Assembly (NCBI GenBank): GCA_004431415.1
Contig: QPMI01000103.1
Coordinates: forward strand, 247,986-311,985
Reading direction: 5' to 3'
Length of the DNA stretch: 64,000 nucleotides
Origin: Cyanophora paradoxa CCMP329
Taxonomy: Eukaryota > Plantae > Glaucophyta
The position numbers and the translations under genes were made by a program. This document shows positions 22,001 to 32,000 of the stretch, one piece after another; position 1 is the stretch's first letter, and every line of letters begins with the position of its first letter. Below the pieces are notes generated by a model. The model did no database searches. It was not told where the DNA came from and was given only the letters and a program-made list of their open reading frames with translations.

Positions 22001-25000
22001 GCCGGGGCCGGGGGCCGGGCCGGTCAGCGGCCTGGGGCGGCGGATCGATATCCCGCGCTGAGCTCGAGGCGCACCGGAGTCATCACAAAGACCTGCACGG
22101 GCCGGGGGAGGCGGCGAGCACGATCGCGAGGTCAGCGGGCCGGGCGTGCACGTGCCAGCCCCGTGGCGCCGGCCGGGTTGGCGGGCGGGGCCAGGCTCAC
22201 GAGGAGGGCGCAGAGCAGCATCCACGCTGTGTCGCCCGAAGCCACCGAGCAATTCCTCGATTTATGCTTGGCCTCACGTGCTTTTTCTTCGCCGAAAAGC
22301 TCGCATGAATTATATACAGATCACGAAGTATTGTTTCTCTACGTATACCTACTTCTATGACGTGATCTATTCTGCCACGCGTACGACGGCTACTGCCACT
22401 CGGCGGGCTAGTTTCTATTCTATTATTAATTCGCGACTATATTGCTGCGTGCATATATTGTGTTTGGCAGTCGCGGGGAGCACGGTTTTGCGGCGCAAAA
22501 CCGGAGAGAACCTTCCACCGTGTTGAGATCACGGTTTATCAGTTCTCTCAAGCCGAGGATACCGGCGGATGCTTCCCCAGGGGTCCACATCAAGTGCTTT
22601 TTTCTGACGAGCTACTGCGAGTCTACAATTGCTGTACCCCTCTGGGTTAGTGCCCGATTTCTTGAGGGGCATCTGGCCCAGGCCTCTCACGTGGTCGGCC
22701 GCAGCCTTCACGTGATTCGGAGGCGGGGTACAGCGACCGCTGGTAAGTACAGCGGTTTGAGACGGAGGCAGGAAATAGTTGGTGGGCCGGCGGGCTTCGC
22801 CCGCCGTGCACAAACCACACCACTCACGGACTGTCCTCGCCTCTTCAATATTAATGGAGTACAGCACAGGAAAGCAGTGCGGATCGAGCTTTGTCGGTCA
22901 TTCGACGAGCTTAACGCTTTCTCGATCTCTTAATTACGTAAGAGCCTGCTATTCTCCATGTGCAATTACAGGGCTTGAGGTCGACGTTATATGAAATTCG
23001 GATCTGGGCGTCTCCGCCGCCAGCTGCAGGCTTCTAGCCGCAGATCTAGATCCGGTAAGGCAAGCTAGTTCGACGTCGACTTGCCACTATTCCTTATTAT
23101 TCCTCTCGGGTTTGCAGTGCGATCGCTTTGGGCATCAATCGATGCCATCCTAGCGATTTCAATCGCGTCGATCGCAATCGCGGGGTTGATGCCCGCAAGC
23201 CATGTCGAATGTATCAGCCCGATTTCGATTTTTGTCTCGAGCTCTTCTCTGGTCGCGAGTCTTCCGTGGCCATATGCATTCTGCAGCCTGCGGCTTGCTT
23301 CGAATTCGCAGCTCACGGCTTATAATTGCGAAGGACTCGTGCGATTAATCCACCCGATCCAGCTCATGAATTATCTGAGCTTATAATTAAAGATCCGGAT
23401 CCGGATGCAGAGAATTACTCCGACAGCCGTGTTCAACGGCGGGGAGCTCAATCGCGAGGGCTGGACGTCGACATCGCGTGTTCGTGTATCCGGTTCGCGC
23501 CCTAGGCCTAGAGCTAGTCGGTGGCCATGGCACTACAGATTGGAGACTCCGGGTTCCGGTCTCCGTGTCGATTTTTAATTATAGGCCCGTATACGTAGGC
23601 GTTCTGCAGCGAAAGGCTGCAGGCTCCAGCTCGACTGCGAACCTCTTATGGCCAGGCTTAGGCCCCTGAGGGCTCCGAGCTCGACTGGGCATATGCATGA
23701 GCCTGGTTAAATATATATAGCCATTAATGGGCCCCGGTTCTCGAAACGTTAACTATTGCAAGTTAATTGCAATTGCAAGTCCAGCGCCGACAGCGCGACT
23801 TGTAATTTGACCCTGACATGGCAGGTCTGTCTCACGATCAGCTGCAGAGCTCGATTCTGCCAGCTGCAGTACACGTGAACGTATACTTCACTGTATACGA
23901 CGAGGTGTGGGAGGGTGGGTGCGCGAGGCGATTCCTCGCACAGATCGTAGTAAAAGATTGAAGAACAAGGCGCGCCGCCCGCGAGCGGGGCGGGCGGCGC
24001 GCCTCAGACGGACTGGCGCTCTCAGGAGCGCCTTGCGTCAGTGATGCAATCAATAGCAGGCGGTACCCGTGGCGGCGTGTCGGACGGGTACGTCTCGCGT
24101 TCATAATTAATATTTTGTTTTCTCGTGCGCGATCACGATCGCAGCCGAGCGCCGGCCGCGGCCGCGGTTACGATTCCGGGCGCGCGCCGATAGCTGAGCT
24201 TGTCGGCTGTTTTGCACTGACGGCTTGCACAAATCTTCGTCTACGCTTACGCGCATACGACGTTTTATGCTTGGCCTCACGTGCTTTTTCTTCGCCGAAA
24301 AGCTCGCATGAATTATATACAGATCACGAAGTATTGTTTCTCTACGTATACCTACTTCTATGACGTGATCTATTCTGCCACGCGTACGACGGCTACTGCC
24401 ACTCGGCGGGCTAGTTTCTATTCTATTATTAATTCGCGACTATATTGCTGCGTGCATATATTGTGTTTGGCAGTCGCGGGGAGCACGGTTTTGCGGCGCA
24501 AAACCGGAGAGAACCTTCCACCGTGCTGCGCCGGGGCCGGGGGCCGGGCCGGTCAGCGGCCTGGGGCGGCGGATCGATATCCCGCGCTGAGCTCGAGGCG
24601 CACCGGAGTCATCACAAAGACCTGCACGGGCCGGGGGAGGCGGCGAGCACGATCGCGAGGTCAGCGGGCCGGGCGTGCACGTGCCAGCCCCGTGGCGCCG
24701 GCCGGGTTGGCGGGCGGGGCCGGGCTCACGAGGAGGGCGCAGAGCAGCATCCACGCTGTGTCGCCCGAAGCCACCGAGCAATTCCTCGAGTAGAAGCCTG
24801 CCCCCGCCGGGCCCGCCCGGGCAGGGCCGTCACCCGTCAGAGGCAAGGGGCGCCGTCCGACGGTCGCGATCGCTGGGCGCGCGCGATATGCATGCGGCGC
24901 CGGCGCCGGCGCCGACGTCATGATCACCTCGCGCGCAGACGCAGGAGCCGTCCTCGTTCTTCAGGAAGCTCCCGTCCGCGCCCTTCTCCGTCCGCCCTTC

Positions 25001-25392
25001 ATGGCACTCCGCTGCGCGTGCGCCATGCATATGCTCATCCGTCATGATCAGCTCGAGCTCATGGTTTGCAAGGTTTGCAACATAGGTATCTGCGATATTT
25101 CGACCGTGCGGCAATATATTTAATAGCTATCCGGTCCGGCCCGGGGCCTCGTCGGAGGCTCGTCCGGCCGTGGTCCGGCCCGCAGCCCGCGATCGATATC
25201 GATCGACATCATGACCATGATCATCTTTAAATTTAGCTATAGCGATGGTGCCTATGCCGCGCACGTATACGCGCGCGCGTACGGATATATACTTCTAGCC
25301 TGCGATCGATCGCGAAGACAGATCTAGAGCAGCGCACCGGACACGCACAGGCCCGCGCCCAGAATCAAAGTGGCAACCAGTAACGCTCTCAT
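18613..25392 (-). CDS. AMT: Ammonium transporter (Amt/Mep family), about 20+ exons, interrupted by an insertion with duplication of exon 3 (partial) and exon 4
   Basis: Exons 25392-25338 (MRALLVATLILGAGLCVS), 25011-24928, 24797-24730 (SGDTAWMLLCALL), 24621-24604 (VFVMTP), 21969-21948 (ALAFFYG), then IQWFLFGYS, YQMMF, ITPALISGAVVGR, AHWVW, DFGGGLVVH, PHN, LLWFGWFGFNGG, DDTLDVFSCHGVGG, GLRV..EIEGVD..HGE. Twin His and Phe gate retained. Confidence 0.93.
21999..22260. repeat. Host duplication A, left copy (262 bp; AMT intron/exon sequence)
   Basis: Matches 24528-24789 except one visible substitution (22193 A vs 24722 G). Confidence 0.95.
22261..22522. repeat. Element-end duplication B, left copy (262 bp)
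   Basis: tttatgcttgg...ccttccaccgtg, apparently identical to 24264-24525. Confidence 0.95.
22814..24104 (-). pseudogene. Decayed KDZ (Kyakuja/Dileera)-like transposase remnant
   Basis: In order on the minus strand: RRHGYRLL..APES (24077-24018, cf. CxHG..GE/ES), PTLPHLVVYS (~23920-23890, cf. LP..xYD), DTFDMACGH (23215-23189, cf. DxFHxxxxH), LDPHCFPVLYSINIEEARTVREWCG (22888-22814, cf. NP..FP.L..NxxxAEQxNxWxG). Key residues substituted; matched by eye only. Confidence 0.4.
24264..24525. repeat. Element-end B, right copy (262 bp)
   Basis: Identical by eye to 22261-22522. Confidence 0.95.
24528..24789. repeat. Host duplication A, right copy (262 bp), continuous with the AMT 5' exons
   Basis: Continues directly into the exon-3 acceptor (ctg at 24798-24800). 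Confidence 0.95.
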
Positions 25393-25537
25393 TCTGCAGC
25401 TGCTTCGAATTCGAATTCGAGTTCCCCTTACGATGTCTCGTACGCGTGCGAATATATACGCCGGCGACGCTGTGGAGGCCGCTGTGGAGCGTACGTACGT
25501 ATACGTACAGGAGAAAGCTCGAGCTGTACTGCGGTAC

Positions 25538-25582
25538 AAGCAGGGGGGGCTCCGCCCCCCCCGCACCCCCCCCGCTTGCTAG
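25538..25582 (+). other. G7-CTCCG-C8-GCA-C8 hairpin followed by CTAG (Helitron-3'-end-like or REP-like)
   Basis: aagcagggggggctccgccccccccgcaccccccccgcttgctag. Confidence 0.35.
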
Positions 25583-26819
25583 CTGGCCAATCGGAATTGC
25601 TGGGTTTAATTGACCAATCACCAAGTCGCCCGAGTTTTAGACTGTAGCTTTTTGACTGGACTCGCCGTAGTAAGCGATTTCAACTCAACTGGGTATACTG
25701 GTACTTGAGCAAGTGTTCAAACTTGTATATATATCACCATGACCGGGTACACGAAAGCCCAATACTATGCAAGCTGGCAAAGCAGTGTTTTTTTCGACTG
25801 AATCTATCACTCAGACAATTACACCATTGGTGGGCAGTTTTGCTGGCAGGATTTTCCTTTTTTTTGCCTCTTCAAGCTCGCAGCTGCCGTAGTTCGGATG
25901 ATCCCAAATGTGTTCAGAACTTACCAGTGGCAGCCTCCGGCTTCCGAGTTTGAAATTCCCAGCCTGGGCCGGTAGTGAAGCGAAGAGCTAGTAATATAAA
26001 CTAGTTATACAGTTACATGAGGAGGTGCTGCCGCAGGAGGCGCCCGGACGGAACTGCCATCAGCGGAAAGGCGTGGCCGCGGACGCCGGAAAGAGGCGAG
26101 ATGGTGACGGCGAACGAAGCAATGCTGGCTATACTATGATAGGTAGCAGAACAAACTTTGTTCGCTCATTTCGAAATGATGACAAGCTCGGCAATTGCAA
26201 ATTCCAAAAACAAATTTGCAAATTCGCGATATTTCAATATCACGAATTGCAATATGTCGACGTCCCAAATTCAATATCGGCCTGCTATAAACATTCCTGC
26301 CCTTGGGGCAGTGCAGCCTCGGGTCACTGGGGTGGCGCCGGCTTGAAGGCTATAGAGCTAGCAGGCTATATAGCTAGCCGCTACAAAGCTGGCAGGCCAG
26401 CCGCACTGCGGCAGGCAGGCCTACCCTGGCGCAGCCATATAATTCTATAAACGATAGCTATTGCTGGCCAACAGGTTCGGCTCACCAAACCTTTGGAAGT
26501 TACCGGGTACATAAATTGATTGATCTTGGAAGAGCGATTGTTAAATAAGCAAACCGTTGCGATTGCGATTGATAATCAAGCATTGATAACCGGCGACAGA
26601 CAACATGACCGTGAAAAGAGAAGCCTCTTGGTCACCCACCGACCAGGTGACCCGAGGCTGACCGCCGTATACGTACCGCCGGCGGCGCCCCGGGCGGCCG
26701 GGCCGGGTACCCGGTCGGAGGTTGCAAAGTCAACCTTGCAATTTCATGCGCATATGTTGTATAATTATGTATACGTTTGCACATATCCATATGTTGTCTG
26801 CGCATGCGGGGTACCTCGA

Positions 26820-27790
26820 GCTCCGCCGCCGTGTTCGGCGCCGGCTGTCAGTACTTTGCTCGGTAGCTCCCCCGTCGTGGCTCCTCGGGGGCCTCTTCGT
26901 CGTCGTCGTTCGCTGGGTTCCGGCTCCGGGTCAGATTTCTCGCCGGGCTTACCTTCTCCTGGCTCTGCTCCTGCAGCTGGGCCCTCAGCTCCGGGACCGG
27001 CTTCCCCGATCTCCTCCCGGACTCGTGGTCGTACCCGTCGCCGGCTTGCCAAGCCTGCGGCTCCTTCTACTCCCCCCCGGCGGTTTGCCGGGCCGGACCC
27101 TCCGGCCTTTGTTCTTGATACCGGACTGCCGCCTTTGCCTTCGTCTTCTGCTTCGCTGGTCGCGATCGTATCCCGCCGGCGGCGGCGTACTTCTTCGTCT
27201 TCTAGTTTAGTTCGGTCTGGTTCGGATTCTGATCGTAGTGTTGATGCTAGAGTTAGTTTCAATACTAGCTATAGTCCTCGTGCTCGACCTGTTGTTCGCC
27301 GTCGTTTGCAGTTCGATATCGATTGCCCGCCTCGACCCCGGCCGGCTTTAGTGATTCCTTTGACTGTCCTTTTGCCTGCTCTTGATCCGCCTGCTCCGCC
27401 TCCTGTGTCCTCCTCGACCTCGTGCCGTAGCTCTGCCCTTTCGCATCGTCCTGCTTCGCCTCCGGGATCCGCCTCCATGTCGTCTTGTTGTTCCTCTTAC
27501 TTGTCTTCTTCCTGTTATTTATCTTTCTCAATTTTGTCCCCCGCTTCTTAGTGATATCGATGTAATTCCTTCTGATATTGATGGTATCTCTAGCTCTGGC
27601 TTTTCTTCGTGTCAGTTATCCTCTGTCCCTAGATCTGCTCGATTTATCGTCTCTTCTCGCTATCGATCTGTCTCGAGCTCTGTGTCTTTCGAATTCCTTT
27701 TTTATTGTCGATTTTGGCTCTTTGTCTTATCTTTCTTCGTGCTCTTGTCTTAGTTATTTTGCTTTTTTGTCTTTCTGCCCCCTGGGCAGC
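26820..27790 (+). mobile_element. Pyrimidine-skewed, intronless decayed ORF-like tract; probable retroelement/TE remnant
   Basis: Ser/Pro/Arg-rich ORF (26520-27551) with mostly NNT codons, unlike host GC3. Strong T/C strand skew, no introns, no recognisable domain. Confidence 0.35.
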
Positions 27791-27798
27791 CCCCGCAG

Positions 27799-27895
27799 TG
27801 CTGGTGTCGACGTCTAGAGACTGTGGCCGGTAATTCACCAAAACAAATATGCTGGTGTCTAGAGACTGTGGCCGGTAATTCACCAAAAAACAAAA
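27799..27895. repeat. 45-bp-period tandem duplication
   Basis: gtctagagactgtggccggtaattcaccaaaa at 27812 and 27857. Confidence 0.9.
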
Positions 27896-29079
27896 TGCAT
27901 ATTAAAACAATTACAGAATTTACAGTCTCCGCGGCAATTGAATCGGCAATGACTGCCAATGAGTCGACGTCGGCAATGAGTCAGTGACTCAGTGCCAATG
28001 ACTCGGCAATGAGTCGGCATGCGCGCGCGACGTTTCCTGGTTCAGAGGGCCGGGCCTGCATGCGCAGCTGGCGAGTGTTCCGAAGTTCCCAGTACCCCAC
28101 CGCGACCGGCGCGGCAGCGGCGCGCCGGCGGCGGCGCCGGCGGCGGCGCTTCCCGGGAATCAAGTGTTCCCGGCCCGCGGGCCTGGAAGATCTAGAACAC
28201 TAGTACTACATCTAACTGCCAGGGCTGCAGCCTGCAGGCCTATAGCGCCTACTAGGCTAGGCTGCAGCTGCGGCGCGGGTGATGCAGGGCAGGCTGCAGC
28301 CAGCGGGAGCCCGAACTTCGAAATAGCGCTCGGCGCCAGCGCCGCGCCGGCACAGCTGCAGGGCGCAAGCCTTGAAGAGGTCGTCGCGGCGGCGACGTGC
28401 GCGACTTAGGCGCCGCCTTGACGCGCCCGCATCATCAGCGATCTTAAGCTTGCATCATCGCCATCGATATATCGCGGCCTTCAAGCTTCTCAGCGGCTGA
28501 AAGCGCTAGCCGCTGTAGATGAGAAGGTGACAGCCAGGGACGCCAGCTGCAGCGCTAGCCCCGGTCCGGCCCATTGCGCGTGCAATTGCAACGGCGCGCG
28601 CACGGCCGCGGGCGCGCGGGCGGAGGCCTATAGAGCTCAGGCAGATTGCAATTGCAAGCTGCGGGCTGGAGCCGTTCGCAGTTCTAGCCCTATACGTGTC
28701 TAGAGCATCGCGCGCGAGCCGCCGCGCGCGGCCGCCGCCCCGGGCCGGGCCAGCGCCATTTTTCCATGGCCAGCTGCAGCTGCGACGCGTGCAGTGCATC
28801 TCGGTGACTAATACTGCTTCATCGTTTACGTCTGGGCGAGCCTGTGGCTGTGCCGTCCCACGGTCCGCTGCAGCTGGCGTACGCGTCGCGGCCGCGGGCA
28901 GGGTGGCTCCAGCGCGCGCGGTCGACCACGCATGCGCAGCTGAAGCATTCGGTGACATACAAGACCAGCGCCCAAGCTGAAAGGTTCGATCCGCTGTTTC
29001 GTCAACGATCGGTATTCATGCTTCGAAATTCTTAGCTGACCCGCTAGCGCTGCATGCGCATGCGCAGGTGACAAAAGCA

Positions 29080-32000
29080 ATGCCGAGCGATGCGGGCGCT
29101 ACACAGGCGGTTCGAAATCCAGACCGCCCGCCGACGGCTCAGAGCAGAGAGAGCTCGGGCTCGTCCCGCAGCGGGCGCATCCTTGTGCGGCGGCCGAGTG
29201 CCGCAAACGCCCCGCTGCAGTCCGCGACCACCTCGCTCGTTGGATCGATATCCAGGAAAGTGTCACGGGTCGAGAAGCTTTTCCCGCGGGTGGGGCCTGC
29301 ATTTTCCAGAATTTTCTGAGTGATGTGCTTTCGGCGTGCTCATTTGCGCCGGACGTGCAGAGCGCGAGCCGCGCGCGCCTGGAGTCGATCGCGGTCGACG
29401 GGAACGCAAGCCGCTCGCGATCGGACAGCCTCATCTCGCCGCAGATACCGTCATCGCCGGCGGCACCCCTCCCGCCGGCCCCGCCGACGCACGCCCCCTT
29501 GAGCTTGAGAGCTAGCTCGCCTCGGCCCCTAGGCCTTCGGTCGACACCGGCGACCGCGCTTGCCGCAGCGCCCGTCAGCTTCACTGGAACGGCGGCAGGG
29601 TCTGCATCGACGGCGGCCGCCGGCGCCGGCGCCGGCCCCGGGCAGCACTGCAGCTGGGCGCCGGCGCCGGCCGCCGCCCCCGCGAGCTTCGCCTGCAGCC
29701 TCGCCAGCGCCTCCTACTTCCTCTCCGACTTCCACGCCCGCCTCCTGCAGCTGCCGGCCGCGAGCGACGCCTCGCCCCTCGCCTCCCTCGCCGGGGGCGG
29801 CGGGGGTGGCGGCGGGGCCGCGCCCTTCTGGGCGGCCGCCGTCCGCCTGCACATCCGCGGCCTCTCCTCCCTCGTCGAGCGCTTCCTCAGCAAGTGCGCC
29901 CCCTCGCCGCCGCGTCTGCTCGCGCCCCCGGCCTCGGCCTTTCGGTTCGACCCGCATCGACGTCGACGTCGGCTCACGCGAGGCGGCGCCTGCCGCAGGG
30001 CGGCGATGGCGTCGTTCGCGGAGGCGCAGGAGCAGGGGCCGCGGCTCCTTGGGGCCGACCTCAACGCCTTCTTCGCCCGCATCCTCCGCTCCGCCAAGAA
30101 GCACGGCGGTCCGCCCCCGCTTCCCTCTCACTAAATATTTAGATTCGATCTGTGGCTGCCTGGGCCTCCCCGGCCCTCCCCTCCCAACTCCCGCTCGCGT
30201 CTGCAAGCTCTGACGGGATCGTGGCTGCGTCTCCTCGGCAGGGGACGTCCACCATCTATTCGGTGCGCGTGCATTCGCGGCCGTCGGTAATCTCAGTGTT
30301 GATCGATCGGTACGTACCAACTCGGGCGGCGCCGGGGCGGGCAGACAACTCGCTTGTGGTGTTCGTGCACGCGGGGGAGGAGGCGGGGCTTGCGGCGGCC
30401 GCCCGCGCGGCGCTGAGCGTCGCGGCGGAGGTGGTCGGGCAGAGCCAGCACGGGGGCCTGGCCGCTGTCGCCTCCCTGCGCGCCGCCCCCGGGTCCCTCC
30501 CCTCGCAGTACCACCAGGTGCCCCACTCCGCTCCGCTCCGTTTCGTTTCGATCTGTTCCTCGCGCCGCTCCGGGCTGAGGCGCGCCTGGGGCTCCCTGCC
30601 GCGCCCCGCTGCAGCTGGCGGCGGAGAGGATAGCGGCGGCCGACCGCCTCCAGCTCCTCGTCGACGCCTCCGTCGCCGCCGGCCGCTTCTCCTGCCTCCC
30701 CCTCTCGGGCGCCGGCCCCGAGGGTATCGATCCGGACGGGGCGGAGGGCGAGGAGCTCGAGGGGAGCGTGCTCTGCGTGTGGGGGCCGCCCCTCGCGCGC
30801 CTCGTGCGGGCCGGCGGCCTCCTCAAGCCCTGGCACATCGGCGTCGCCCCCGAGGTGCGCGTTGCCGCGCGCCCCCAGCTCAGTGTCCGCGCGCCCGTCC
30901 CGGCCCGTTCCGACGCGATCGGTGCCCGGCACGCGCGCGCGCGATCGCCGCAGGTGACCCAGCTCCTGCCGACCTTTGACGGCGACGCAGCGGCCGCGCT
31001 GCAGCTCAACTGCCGCACTCCCGATCACGTCCGCGTTCTCCGCTTCTTGTTCTCCACGCTTTCGCGCGCTCTGATCGCCCTCCTCCGGGCAGTATTCGAT
31101 CTACGACGTGAACGTGCCAGAGAAGGAGGAGAAGAGCTGGCGAGGGATTGCCACGGCGTCTCGATTCGGGGCTGATCGCGACAGCGACAGCGACGCCGAG
31201 CGAAAGCGCGAGGGCAGCTCGAGCCCGAGAGGGGGCAAGGCCTTCATGCAGCTGCAGGTGCAGGGGGATTCGCGATCGCACCGGGTCTTCCTGGTGCCCG
31301 AGAGCCTGACCGGGCGCCTGCAGAACGTCTTGCGCCGCGCCGGCGGTCTCTTCGGCTCGCTGCGGCGCTCGAGCTCGCCCGTCTCGATCGTCCCGTCTGA
31401 CTCCGAGCTCAAGCAGCAGCAGCAGCAGACGCAGGAACTTTCGGCGTCGATGCGGCCCGCGCCGGGCTCTCCCATCCCACCCGACGATTTCTTTCTGCAC
31501 TCGCTGCCCGAAGACATAAGGACCTGCCTCGAAAATCAATCCTGGTGCTTAAAGCTTCCCGCCGCGCCGCGCCGCGCCGCGCCGCCGCCCCCTCGCCGCC
31601 TGACGAGCGGCGGCAGCCCGGAGAGCGAGGTCCGCAGCGTCGTGTGCGCGTGCGTGTCGCTGGCCGCCCCCGCGGCCCCCGCCGCCGAGGCGGGCCTCCT
31701 GGGGAGCCCGCCGAGGGACGACCGCGAGAGGGTGCGCCCCGAGGCGGCCGCGCCCCGGCTCGCGATCGCGATGGCGCGCGCGCAGGAGAGGATGCGGGCG
31801 CTGCAGCGGGGCCTCCGCCTGGTGGCAGCCGCCGTCGCCGCCTCGGGCGGCGTCCCGAGGGACGCCGCCCTCGAGGGCGCCAGCCTCTCCGTGCGCCCCC
31901 GCCCCTGTCGAGCATTCCACGCCCCCCAGTCGCTCCCCTCGCTCCCCTTAGTCAACTATCTCCTTTCCGCAGATTTTCATCACGGTGCATTCACTTCGCG

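Larger units (their letters stand above)
22261..24525 (-). mobile_element. Non-autonomous DNA transposon (~2.0 kb, 24525->22530, imperfect TIRs) plus a 262-bp second copy of its 5' end; probably KDZ-derived
   Basis: AT-richer than the host gene. Ends on the minus strand: CACGGTggaagGTTCTCTC ... GAGAGAACtgataaACCGTG. Subterminal 10-bp hairpin cggttttgcg-g-cgcaaaaccg. Flanked by a 262-bp host duplication. Decayed transposase-like motifs inside. Confidence 0.75.

Noticed and set aside
22504-22625. Hammerhead ribozyme (Penelope pseudo-LTR), from CTGATAA on the minus strand and CTGACGA at ~22604
   Set aside because: No GAAA core or stem III in the required geometry.
22261-24525. LTR retrotransposon or TRIM interpretation of B-X-B
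   Set aside because: No TG...CA ends, no evident PBS or PPT, no 4-6-bp TSD and no RT/integrase motifs. The flanking duplication is 262 bp.
24928-25045. AMT start at ATG 25045 (MTDEH...)
   Set aside because: A better model uses the acceptor at 25012 and an upstream signal-peptide exon (25392-25338) in matching phase.
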